Source: Bdellovibrionota bacterium
GTDB taxonomy: Bacteria; Bdellovibrionota_C; UBA2361; OMII01
Length of the DNA stretch: 41,708 nt
Direction of reading: 5' to 3'
NCBI GenBank assembly: GCA_044345405.1
Contig: JBIJBE010000032.1
Coordinates: 1 to 41,708 of the forward strand
Shown here: in pieces, positions 7,484 to 16,317 of the stretch
Layout of the letters: the number at the start of each line of letters is the position of its first letter
Numbering within the stretch: the stretch's first letter is position 1
Program-made: the position numbers and the translations under genes
Notes under the pieces: generated by a model
Seen by the model: the letters and a program-made list of their open reading frames with translations, nothing else
Databases searched by the model: none
Told to the model about the DNA's origin: nothing

Positions 7484-8515
7484 ATGGGGAACTCCGTAGC
7501 AACGTTCGTACGATGCCTTGTGTGTTGTGTTGTTCTACTCGCAAGCGCGCAGGCGCAAGCTCAGAATAGAACCATTGGGAGTCAGGCGGGGCAGCAGGTC
7601 GGCGCCGCGCACGACCCGAGCTGCGCCGCGACGATCTATTCCGCGGATAATTGCAGGCCGTGCCAGGCACTTAAAGCCCGTATTCAAAATAATCCTGATC
7701 AGTACGCATGTAATGCGATTACCTATGTTAGTTGCGGAGCCGACTACCACTTTCCAAGTGCGCAGTGTCTTCAATTAGGGATTCGTTCCTTTCCAACTAT
7801 CCACGGCAAGTTGTGTGACTGTCGTAACGTCAAGCCGACGCCAACTCCGATAGTGCAGTCTCCAGACGGGGATCCGAAGCCGCGACCTCCAGGAAATCCT
7901 CCGTCGAACGGATTCGAATGTACGGGACAAGCCAAGATTAAGTGCCCCGCCGGAAATAGCTGGGCGTGTTGTCTGTACGCGTGTGATTCCTCCCAATCAT
8001 CGGGATGCCTGAACTGCGGCAGCTACCGTCCGTGCGGAAGGAACAGTTGCCCATCGGACAAAACCTGTGTGAACAAGAAGGACGACAAGGGATGTCCGAA
8101 GGATTTTGTCTGTGAGAGCAAGGTTGCCCCTCCAGAGGATGGAGGGGATATGGTGTGCGATCCGATCAGCGGTGTGTGTCGTCCCCGCAATCCCCTTATC
8201 GATCCTCCTCTTGAGAGACCCGATACGCCGAAGCCGCCAGAGGAGCCGACCATTCCACCGAATCCTACTCTGACTCCCGTTCCACCGGCCGAACCAACCA
8301 CACCTTCATCAGGTGTTCAGTGCGACAATCCATGCCCAAGTCAGAGCAATCCGAACAACTGCTGCGCTCCAACGCAGGGTTGTTACCAGGGAACGTGCAC
8401 CAATTACTCCGGGTGTACCGGATGTAAGGCGGGGCAGATATGCTCGCCGATCGACCGGGCGCCGTGGTACGGGTGTAAGGACAAGAGCTCACCTCCACCT
8501 CCTGAAGGGGTGTAG
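7484..8515 (+). CDS. Secreted Cys/Pro-rich protein with an N-terminal thioredoxin/glutaredoxin-like domain
   Basis: Signal peptide ending AQAQA; IYSADNCRPC (CxxC) and GIRSFPT (cis-Pro loop); 32 Cys in the mature part with PT/PP linkers. Start moved from 7394 to ATG 7484. Confidence 0.75.
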   Translation: MGNSVATFVRCLVCCVVLLASAQAQAQNRTIGSQAGQQVGAAHDPSCAATIYSADNCRPCQALKARIQNNPDQYACNAITYVSCGADYHFPSAQCLQLGIRSFPTIHGKLCDCRNVKPTPTPIVQSPDGDPKPRPPGNPPSNGFECTGQAKIKCPAGNSWACCLYACDSSQSSGCLNCGSYRPCGRNSCPSDKTCVNKKDDKGCPKDFVCESKVAPPEDGGDMVCDPISGVCRPRNPLIDPPLERPDTPKPPEEPTIPPNPTLTPVPPAEPTTPSSGVQCDNPCPSQSNPNNCCAPTQGCYQGTCTNYSGCTGCKAGQICSPIDRAPWYGCKDKSSPPPPEGV

Positions 8516-8533
8516 GGGCGGGTTCGATACCTC

Positions 8534-9700
8534 CTACGACCGAAGTGCCTTGATTCCTATATTCCGATCGAGTGAGGCGGCGGTGGCGTGATGCCTCAGC
8601 GCGCTCTCGATCATATTGTGGATGAGTGTCGTGTAAAGCACGCGAGGATTGGAGCGAACCCAGAGATAGAACGAACACGATCCGGGGAAGGCGTTTAGCT
8701 CATTGAAGTAGAGCTTCCCGCTTGCGAGATCGACGATAAAGTCGAGACGCGCGACGCCGGAGCATCCGAGTACGGTGAAGGAGCGTTTCGCGTAATCGAT
8801 AACGTTGCTCTTAATCTCAGGGTCGAGGTCCTGCGGATCGATTACCCGGGTCAGGCTCGCCATCCCCGCTGAGGGACCCGACTTCTTTCCTCCGCCGCGG
8901 AGATACTTCTCTTCGTACGAGAGTACACCGGACTGAGAGACGGGAATCTCGACCACTGAGGTTTGAATGCCCTCATAGTCGCGCACAGAGCAGTTGATCT
9001 CCATGATATCGTTCACGCACGGCTCAACGAGCGCGTGAGTGTCGTATCGAAATACCTTCGCGAGAGCGGGTGCGAGCTCGCTCACCTCTTTGACCTTTGA
9101 TACGCCGATACTTGAGCCTAGGTTGCACGGCTTAACGAAAAGAGGGAGGGAGTACCCGTCTGCCGCGAGAACCTTCTCAACGACACCTTTGATGTCACGC
9201 TGCGCGTCTGAGCGAGCGATGAGCTGAGCGGGAAGGACCGGTATCCCGTGTTCCTTGAGAAAGACCTTACACGCGTACTTATTCATCGTCATCGCCGATG
9301 ACACGACGTTGCTTCCTGTGTAGGGAACGTCCGCCATCTCGAAGAGCCCCTGGATGCATCCGTCCTCGCCGTATTGCCCGTGGAAGGCTGGAAGGAATAC
9401 GTCGATAGGTATGATTGAGTGATCGGAGAGCTTCGTTAGTCCTCGGGAGCCGGGCTTGGGAAGGAGGGTCACCTCCTGAAGGGTTCCGAGGTTTCCAGGA
9501 ACCTTCGCGTAGAAGGAGCGGTTAAGGAGCTCTGGTCCCGTGTGCCACGCACCGCTCGGCGCGATGTAGACCGGGGTAACCTCGTACACCGCCGGGTCGA
9601 TCGCTTGCATAAGTTGGAGCGCGGTAATGACCGATATCTCATGCTCAACTGAGCGCCCACCAAAGAGTACCGCTACGCGTGTTCGTTTGCTCTGTGTCAC
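8534..9700 (-). CDS. ddl: D-alanine--D-alanine ligase family protein
   Basis: FGGRSVEHEIS, HGQYGEDGCIQG, FVKPCNLGSSIG, SYEEKY omega loop, ARLDF, ELNAFPG. Confidence 0.93.
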   Translation of the reverse strand: MTQSKRTRVAVLFGGRSVEHEISVITALQLMQAIDPAVYEVTPVYIAPSGAWHTGPELLNRSFYAKVPGNLGTLQEVTLLPKPGSRGLTKLSDHSIIPIDVFLPAFHGQYGEDGCIQGLFEMADVPYTGSNVVSSAMTMNKYACKVFLKEHGIPVLPAQLIARSDAQRDIKGVVEKVLAADGYSLPLFVKPCNLGSSIGVSKVKEVSELAPALAKVFRYDTHALVEPCVNDIMEINCSVRDYEGIQTSVVEIPVSQSGVLSYEEKYLRGGGKKSGPSAGMASLTRVIDPQDLDPEIKSNVIDYAKRSFTVLGCSGVARLDFIVDLASGKLYFNELNAFPGSCSFYLWVRSNPRVLYTTLIHNMIESALRHHATAASLDRNIGIKALRS

Positions 9701-9701
9701 G

Positions 9702-11339
9702 TTAGAACCTCACCTTACCTTCGTGGAGATCGCCGAGATCGTTTTCGATGAGAACGAGGTCGCCCCCGGCGCTCTGCTCGCCGAGGAGTTTGAACGCCTC
9801 ATCCCGTGTATCGGCGATGATCGTTTTTGTTCTGGGGAAGTCGGCTTCCGTGAGTCCCGCCAGAATGGCCTCTCTATTCGTGGTGCCGACGACGTACACG
9901 AGGTCGCATACGGAGGCCGCCATGCGCGCGAGTCGTTTATTCTCCTCGTACTGTTGATCTCCGAGCTCGATCATGCCCGGAGTGATGAGGATTCGACGTG
10001 TGGCGGAGAGGTTCTTCAGTACATCGAGCGCGGCCTCGAACCCGGTTGGGTTAGAGTTGTATGCGTCTCGCAGGTAGGACACGGATGCTCCCTTGTCGAG
10101 AACGAGTCGGTTATCAACCGGAGGAAGGTTCCCCATGCACGCGACCGCGAATGCTGGCTCGGCGCCGAGGGCGCACGCCATCGTAAAGGCTCCGAGCGCG
10201 TTTGAGAGCGCAGGGCGTCCAAGAAGGGGTGTCCGTCCCGGATACTGCTGCCCCTTGTAGTGAACGACGAACGAGGTGCCGTGCTCGTCGTAGGTGATGT
10301 CGGTCGCGAAGCAATCGAGCGGGCCCTTCGTGAGGTCGAATCCGTAGAGAAGAGTGGTTGCTCGTTTATGCGTCTCGGCCATGCGGCGCGCGTTAGGGCT
10401 GTCGCCGTTGCATACTAGAATTCCATCCTCGGGAAGCGCCTGCGCGATCTCGCTCTTCGCCTTGTAGACGTTTTCCGGGCTTCCGAAGCGCTCGAGGTGC
10501 ATAATCCCGACCGCCGTTACGAGCGCCGCCTTCGGTGGGGTGAAATCGCACAGTCGCTTAATAGATCCGATATTGTAAGCACCCATCTCGATCACGGCGA
10601 ACTTGTGGTGCGGTCGCATCGTTTCGCGGATAGTGCGAGTGATCCCCATGACGGTGTTGATACTCTTCTTTGGCCAGAAGGTACTGCCGAGCGTTTGCGT
10701 GAGGAGATCGCCCAGTGCGGCCTTCGCCCCGGTTTTGCCATAGCTTCCGGTGATGCCGATCACGAACGGATTCACCTCAGCCAGGATGCGCCTCGCGTCG
10801 TTGTAGTAGTACTGCTGCAGACGCTTCTCCGCCGGAGATAAGATCTTCGTCGCGAGCATGAGCGCCACCGGCGTGAGCTGAGCCATGAAGATGCCGCACA
10901 TGGCGGTGAGGGTGAGGGGGGGCGACCCATGCGAGCACGAGCAGCACGAGCCCCATAACGGGATCAGTCCGATGATAGCGAGCATGCCGTACGCGACCCA
11001 CGCGGTTTTGGTTGCGCGCTGGGTCATGTTGAGCCGGATCTTTCCGGTTGTGCGGGGATCTCCCTCGAGCACGTTTGCCACGAAGATGAGAAGGGCGGCT
11101 GACGTGAGCGCTATCAGGAGAGAAGCTCCACTTCCAGGGAAGATAAGGTGGGCGATAAGCGCCAAGAGGAGGATGAGCGAACCTCTCGTATCGTAGGCCC
11201 GGTTGCTTTTTATCCAATCGATAAAACGGGTCGTGTTGTACTCCTCCTGTTGAAAGTATCGGAGGTAGGAAAGTGTGCGTCTCCAAGTGAAGAGGAGGAT
11301 CGCGGCGATGAGTGAGATAGTGATGAGCTTAGCGAGCAC
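9702..11339 (-). CDS. murF: MurF-like ligase with N-terminal transmembrane helices
   Basis: P-loop GITGSYGKT, IEMGAY, HLERFGS, DAYNSNP, TPGMIELG; several hydrophobic helices before the ligase core. GTG start at 11339 has a GAGG SD and overlaps the upstream gene by 11 nt. Confidence 0.9.
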   Translation of the reverse strand: MLAKLITISLIAAILLFTWRRTLSYLRYFQQEEYNTTRFIDWIKSNRAYDTRGSLILLLALIAHLIFPGSGASLLIALTSAALLIFVANVLEGDPRTTGKIRLNMTQRATKTAWVAYGMLAIIGLIPLWGSCCSCSHGSPPLTLTAMCGIFMAQLTPVALMLATKILSPAEKRLQQYYYNDARRILAEVNPFVIGITGSYGKTGAKAALGDLLTQTLGSTFWPKKSINTVMGITRTIRETMRPHHKFAVIEMGAYNIGSIKRLCDFTPPKAALVTAVGIMHLERFGSPENVYKAKSEIAQALPEDGILVCNGDSPNARRMAETHKRATTLLYGFDLTKGPLDCFATDITYDEHGTSFVVHYKGQQYPGRTPLLGRPALSNALGAFTMACALGAEPAFAVACMGNLPPVDNRLVLDKGASVSYLRDAYNSNPTGFEAALDVLKNLSATRRILITPGMIELGDQQYEENKRLARMAASVCDLVYVVGTTNREAILAGLTEADFPRTKTIIADTRDEAFKLLGEQSAGGDLVLIENDLGDLHEGKVRF

Positions 11340-12180
11340 AGAGACCTCTCGACGACAGGAACTGCGTAATGTACTGGGTAAGGAGGTGCGAGCCGACATC
11401 GGCGAACGGCTCGTGCCCCTTATTTGGGAATATGTGAAGCTGAGAATCCTTTATCAGCTGGTGATAGCCGTGAGCGATATCGACGGGTGTCTCGCAATCG
11501 TTGGCGCCCCAAAGGAGTAAGGTTGGAGCTTTTATCGTCGAAGCTTGTTCAGAGAGATCTTCGTTGACCGTTTTGACGAGGCTCTTCCGGAGGTCTCCAG
11601 CGGCGGCATAGTCTCGCGATCCGAAACGGGGGGCGAGGTAGTGCGCAAAGAGTCTTGTGCCCGTCATTCCATCGATCGCCTTCGCGGTTTTGGTGAGCGC
11701 GCGAATCCATCGAACTCGGATCTCATCCTTGAGTGGGCGCTTTGGTTTCAGGCCGGCGCTGCCGACGAGAATTAAACCTTTCACGAGATCTGGGTATGTG
11801 GCGGCGAGCCGGACCGAGAGTCGGCCTCCAAATGAGTGACCGAGGAGGATGCACTCTGTTATGCCGGCCTGATCCAGGAACTGCTTGACGCGCTCGCTGT
11901 ACTCAAGGGTGCCCCATCCACCGCCATCGTTCGAGGCGGGAAAGGGGAGCGGCGACCGTCCGAATCCCGGAAGGTCTACAAGTACGACCCGACACCCTTG
12001 CGCGAGGAGCTCGCCGAGTTGGCGGACCGCCTCAAGGGAGCGTCCCCAACCGTGCAGTAAAACCAAGGTGGGGCCGTTTGCACCGAGATTGGTGCTGCCT
12101 AGGGGGGTACTGCCGAGGGTTTCTGAGTGGATGGGAGGGAGCTCCTGCTCCGCCGCGAGAACGGTAGAATTCATGCGCAT
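11329..12180 (-). CDS. Alpha/beta fold hydrolase
   Basis: LLHGWG, DLPGFG, nucleophile elbow GHSFGG, WGAND, catalytic GH. Confidence 0.92.
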   Translation of the reverse strand: MRMNSTVLAAEQELPPIHSETLGSTPLGSTNLGANGPTLVLLHGWGRSLEAVRQLGELLAQGCRVVLVDLPGFGRSPLPFPASNDGGGWGTLEYSERVKQFLDQAGITECILLGHSFGGRLSVRLAATYPDLVKGLILVGSAGLKPKRPLKDEIRVRWIRALTKTAKAIDGMTGTRLFAHYLAPRFGSRDYAAAGDLRKSLVKTVNEDLSEQASTIKAPTLLLWGANDCETPVDIAHGYHQLIKDSQLHIFPNKGHEPFADVGSHLLTQYITQFLSSRGLCAR

Positions 12181-12310
12181 GATACTGGCCGATAGGGGCC
12201 GTTTTCACAAGTAAGCTTGGGCCTGAATTGGCGCAGCGTTCGGCGCGCTCGAGTGATCTATATTTTTGCCCATCGCCACCGTTTTGCATCTGGCAGGCAC
12301 GAGCATCCGC

Positions 12311-12319
12311 TGGCATAAT
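12311..12319 (+). promoter_or_regulatory. Extended -10 element giving a leaderless ftsW mRNA
   Basis: TG-G-CATAAT followed by 6 nt and the ATG at 12326; no SD. Confidence 0.5.
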
Positions 12320-12325
12320 CCCGTT

Positions 12326-13483
12326 ATGGATTTTACGTCGGCGCTCCCGTCGAGCCGCTTCAAAGAACTTCACGCTCCATCGCCAGTGGATTACCTCTTG
12401 GTGGTGTCGGTGCTGCTCTTAGTTGGCTTCGGTCTCGTTATGGTCTACTCCACGACCGGAATCGTGTCGCAGGAGAAGATGGGGGATTCGCTCTTCTACG
12501 CCAAGCGACAATTGATATCGGCGGTGCTTGGCGGCATCTTTATGGTGACCTGTATGCAGGTTCCCCTCGACCTACTTCGTAAGGTGTCGCCGTACCTCCT
12601 TGTCGCCTCGCTCTTTCTTCTCATTCTTCCCCTTACCCCGGGGATCGCCGATAGGGCGGGCGGAGCGTCCCGCTGGGTTAAGCTCGGTCCGATCCGCTTT
12701 CAGCCCGCTGAGTTCGTAAAAGTGTTTATGGTCGTCTTCATGGCGGGGTTCCTCTCTCGACACGAGCAGAAATTGTCCTCGTTCGTGAACGGAATTATTA
12801 AGCCTTTCTCGATGGTGGCTTTAGCCGCGGTGCTCCTGCTCAAGCAACCTGACTTCGGTTCCACCGCCGTTATCGTTGTGGTCGTACTTTCGATGCTGCT
12901 GGCGTCGGGTGTGCGGTTGGCGCATATGGCGCTGTGCACCGTCGCCGTGATTATCGTGATGGGTTTCCTGGTATACATCTCTCCCTACCGCATGATGCGT
13001 GTCGTGAGCTTCCTTTCACCTTTCGCTGACGCCTCGGGCAAGGGGTATCAGCTCATTCAGTCGTTAATCGCGGTTGGAAGTGGGCAGCTCTACGGGGTTG
13101 GGCTCGGTGGTAGTCAGCAGAAGCTCTTCTTTTTACCCGCGGCGCATACGGATTTCATCTTCGCGGTTATCTCTGAGGAACTTGGGTTTGTCGGTGGTCT
13201 TTGTATCCTGATCGGTTTCTTGGTGGTGATGTGGAGAGGTCTCCTCATCGCCCGAAGCGTGCGGCACGATACCTTCCTCTTCTCCCTCGCCGTTGGTCTC
13301 ACCATGATGATAGCGGCTCCAGCGCTGCTCAATGTCGGCGTGGTTATCGGACTTCTTCCGACAAAGGGGATGGTTCTTCCACTTGTCGGGTACGGCGGAT
13401 CGAGTCTGATCGCCTGTATGGGGGTTGTGGGCCTTTTGCTCGGTATTAGAAAGGACGCGGGAGAGCATCCTCACAGCTCGTAG
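12326..13483 (+). CDS. ftsW: SEDS peptidoglycan glycosyltransferase FtsW
   Basis: GLVMVYS, GASRW, FQPAEFVK, QPDFGS, GYQLIQS, LPAAHTDFIF, LPTKG.LP.VGYGGSS; followed by murG. Confidence 0.96.
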   Translation: MDFTSALPSSRFKELHAPSPVDYLLVVSVLLLVGFGLVMVYSTTGIVSQEKMGDSLFYAKRQLISAVLGGIFMVTCMQVPLDLLRKVSPYLLVASLFLLILPLTPGIADRAGGASRWVKLGPIRFQPAEFVKVFMVVFMAGFLSRHEQKLSSFVNGIIKPFSMVALAAVLLLKQPDFGSTAVIVVVVLSMLLASGVRLAHMALCTVAVIIVMGFLVYISPYRMMRVVSFLSPFADASGKGYQLIQSLIAVGSGQLYGVGLGGSQQKLFFLPAAHTDFIFAVISEELGFVGGLCILIGFLVVMWRGLLIARSVRHDTFLFSLAVGLTMMIAAPALLNVGVVIGLLPTKGMVLPLVGYGGSSLIACMGVVGLLLGIRKDAGEHPHSS

Positions 13484-13513
13484 TGGTGTGGTAGTCCTTT
13501 TGTTTATCCAAAG

Positions 13514-14677
13514 ATGGGAATTCCTGTGAGCGCACGTAGTTTTGAGATCGGCACCTCTGAGTCTAGCAAACCCGAAACTGGGAGACTGTCCCACCGTAAA
13601 ATTATCGTAGCGGCATCAGGTACGGGTGGGCATCTCATTCCGGCGATGCATATCGTGACCGCCCTCAAGAAGGCCGACTCTAACTGCGAGATCGAGTTCA
13701 TCGGTGCGGGGCGCCCCCTTGAGGAAAAGCTGATTGTAGAGAAGGGGTATATCCGTCATACCATCGCGAGCGCTGGCGTGAAGCGCCGAAAGCTTGTCGG
13801 GGTGTTTCAGTTCCTCCTTCGTCTTCCGAAAGGTATCTCGCAGATCTCTTCGCTGTACCGATCGTTCAAACCTGATGTGGTGGTTGGTGTGGGGGGATAT
13901 GTTTCTGTACTTCCCGTTATCGTCGCGCGCTTGAAGGGGATTCCTACCTGGATCCATGAAGCGGAGCGCCAGCCAGGTCTCGCCAATCGGGTACTCGGCT
14001 ACTTCGCCGATAGGATGTCGACCGCGTTTGCGGACACCAAGGTTGGAGGAAGGGTTCAGGTCGTGCACACGGGGCACCCGGTACGAGAGGAACTCGCGCG
14101 GGTTGATAGCGCTACTATTCGGCCCGACGCGCCGAAGCGGCTCCTCATCCTGGGAGGGTCTCAGGGCGCTCGGGGATTGGATGAAGCTGTCCCTCACATC
14201 GCGACCCTCCTTTCTGATCGAAAGATTGAAGTGGTTCATCAGTGTAGACCTGATGCGATGGAGCTTGTCGTTAATTCCTATCGAGCGGCAGGAATTGCGG
14301 CGCACGTCGTGAACTTTATCGACGATATGGCCGGAGCGTACGACTGGTCGGACGTTATTATCAGTCGAGCAGGGGCGAGCTCTGTGGCTGAGATCGCGTG
14401 CGTAAATCGGCCCGCCATCTTCGTTCCGTACCCCTTCCAACAGGGGACACACCAGACCGATAACGCGCGGGTGCTTGTCGATCAGCAGAAGGCGATCCTC
14501 GTAGAGGAGAGCGCCCCGGACTTCGCGGGACGGCTCAAAGCAGCTCTCGAACGCCTCCTGGATCCGAGTGTTTTCAAGGGGATGAAGGATGCTCCGTGCC
14601 CAAACCGCTCTACCAACGCCGCTTCGGCTATCACCGAGGGTATCCTTAGCCTGGTTACAGCACGTCTCACAAAGTAA
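13514..14677 (+). CDS. murG: UDP-GlcNAc:lipid I transferase MurG
   Basis: SGTGGHLIPA, GVGGYVS, IHEA...PGLAN, GHPVR, GGSQGA, SRAGASSVAE, HQTDNA. Confidence 0.96.
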   Translation: MGIPVSARSFEIGTSESSKPETGRLSHRKIIVAASGTGGHLIPAMHIVTALKKADSNCEIEFIGAGRPLEEKLIVEKGYIRHTIASAGVKRRKLVGVFQFLLRLPKGISQISSLYRSFKPDVVVGVGGYVSVLPVIVARLKGIPTWIHEAERQPGLANRVLGYFADRMSTAFADTKVGGRVQVVHTGHPVREELARVDSATIRPDAPKRLLILGGSQGARGLDEAVPHIATLLSDRKIEVVHQCRPDAMELVVNSYRAAGIAAHVVNFIDDMAGAYDWSDVIISRAGASSVAEIACVNRPAIFVPYPFQQGTHQTDNARVLVDQQKAILVEESAPDFAGRLKAALERLLDPSVFKGMKDAPCPNRSTNAASAITEGILSLVTARLTK

Positions 14678-14775
14678 GCTCCATAACCCCTGACGGGCCT
14701 CTTTTTCTGAAGCAACCTCCGTCTTCTCGCGGATAAGGGGTTGTAGACGATTAGTGGGTCGGAGGTTGCAGGGTT

Positions 14776-15213
14776 ATGTCACCGGTTCGAGCTCCAAATT
14801 TTGCCTTCTCAGAGCTTGGTAGCACGGCTACCGAAACCCTGGGTCATGACCATCTCTCTCGCCCAACCCTCATACCTGCCCACGATGAGTTCACGGAAGC
14901 TACGAGCTCCCTGCATTGGGGTAACTGTCTTCGCCCGCACCATTTCGATTTCGAACAGGGGACAGTTGTTCTTCCCCGACTGACCACCCGTCCCGATCTT
15001 ACCTGTCGTGCCGTATCAGTTCTCGGTGGTGGTCAATTTAGAGAGTTTGAAAATTCTTCGCCGGTTCCGTTCGAGAACGGCGGGATAATCATCAAAGCTG
15101 GCGAGCGGCATAAGTTTGTTACGTTTGAGACCTTTCGGAAGTACTTCGTTTCCGACGGTGGGCAAGATTTCGACCATATTTTGCAGATCGATTTTCAGAC
15201 TCCGAGGAAGTAG
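14776..15213 (+). CDS. Hypothetical protein, 145 aa
   Basis: ATG with GGAGG upstream, fills an intergenic gap; GGIIIKAGERHKF is only weakly cupin-like. Confidence 0.6.
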   Translation: MSPVRAPNFAFSELGSTATETLGHDHLSRPTLIPAHDEFTEATSSLHWGNCLRPHHFDFEQGTVVLPRLTTRPDLTCRAVSVLGGGQFREFENSSPVPFENGGIIIKAGERHKFVTFETFRKYFVSDGGQDFDHILQIDFQTPRK

Positions 15214-15269
15214 GGAGTAGTGGGGTGTACCGAGTGGGTGGGCTCTAGGTGCGTGGTCGCGCACAACGT

Positions 15270-15509
15270 CCTGCACCTTCTCCTTATCTTCATACCCCTC
15301 TTTCTCTTTCTCCCGCACCTGCACTTACCTCCTGAACTTACTCCCACTCATCTCATCGCTAATGCGGTCTGCGAGGCCTTTGTGGTCAAAGCCCATGCTT
15401 TCATAGGGGATCTAAGCCCCTGTCGCTGAGAGGAGGTGGAGGTGCATGAGGGAGGTGTAGGTGCATGAGAAAGAGGGGGATAAGGATGAGGATAACGAGG
15501 AAGGTACGG
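15270..15509. repeat. Degenerate hexamer-periodic pyrimidine tract and purine tract arranged as an imperfect inverted repeat
   Basis: C/T-rich arm at 15270-15356 and G/A-rich arm at 15427-15509 are near reverse complements; includes a 19-bp tandem pair at 15432-15450 and 15451-15469 with one mismatch. Confidence 0.7.
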
Positions 15510-15695
15510 TTATCGATTGGGAAATAGGGGGCCCAAGAGGCTCCCTCCTTTTTCGCTAAAAATCGACCGCCTCCCTCGCACCACCACCACCCGCACCGGC
15601 ATCGAACTATACAGAGAGGGTAAAAAGGCTACCTCAAGGCGAACGGTATCGATGGTTTTTTCTGGTTTGGTCGCCGCACTGCGTAAGGAAAGGTT

Positions 15696-16193
15696 ATGAG
15701 CACGATTTTCTCGACCCTCGCCAAGGGCGGACCAAAATCCTCCGATGAGCTGAAGTTCTCCCAACGATCCCCTAAGGAGTACGCCATGATGCTGTTAGAA
15801 CAAGCCGGTATAACCAACCTGGAATCCCTTAATACAGTTTTTATCGGAGATCCTGGCTTCGATGTGACCGTTCGTGAACGGGCCTTCGGTCGGGGCATAG
15901 AGTTTGATGATAAGGGTACCTCAACAGCTCCGACCTCGAAGGGGAGCTGGTTCCTCTTTGAGCGGATGCCCGGGGATGGGACCGATTATCTACGAGCGAG
16001 GGTCTTTAACTCCTTTGAGGGAGCGGCCGCCGAGTTTGCGGTTAAGCTTAGGCTTCACCCCGAAGGGGATGTGAAGATAACCGAGTCCCTTTCGAGTCCC
16101 GGGGCGTGGCAGCTCTCGTTCTCTGGGGCGGGACGGCAGATGGTCATGGCCCCCTTTGAGGCTGGGCTGGACCCCGCGGCCGCAACTCGTTGA
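15696..16193 (+). CDS. Hypothetical protein, 165 aa
   Basis: Strong SD (TAAGGA) and protein-like composition; no family recognised. Confidence 0.7.
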   Translation: MSTIFSTLAKGGPKSSDELKFSQRSPKEYAMMLLEQAGITNLESLNTVFIGDPGFDVTVRERAFGRGIEFDDKGTSTAPTSKGSWFLFERMPGDGTDYLRARVFNSFEGAAAEFAVKLRLHPEGDVKITESLSSPGAWQLSFSGAGRQMVMAPFEAGLDPAAATR

Positions 16194-16317
16194 ACTCCCA
16201 GGCTTCTTGAAGGGCATTTTTCGTGGGGCTCCTCTGGCCTCGCCCGTGACGAATAAGAGCTAGTGTAGTAAGACTATACCCCTTGGCGCGTTGGTGCGCT
16301 GTTTTAAGGGGTTTCCC

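Noticed and set aside
13616-14452. 278-aa minus-strand ORF
   Set aside because: Antisense shadow of murG.
15016-15429. ORFs 15016-15324 (-) and 15220-15429 (+)
   Set aside because: Their biased sequences are translations of the low-complexity repeat tract.
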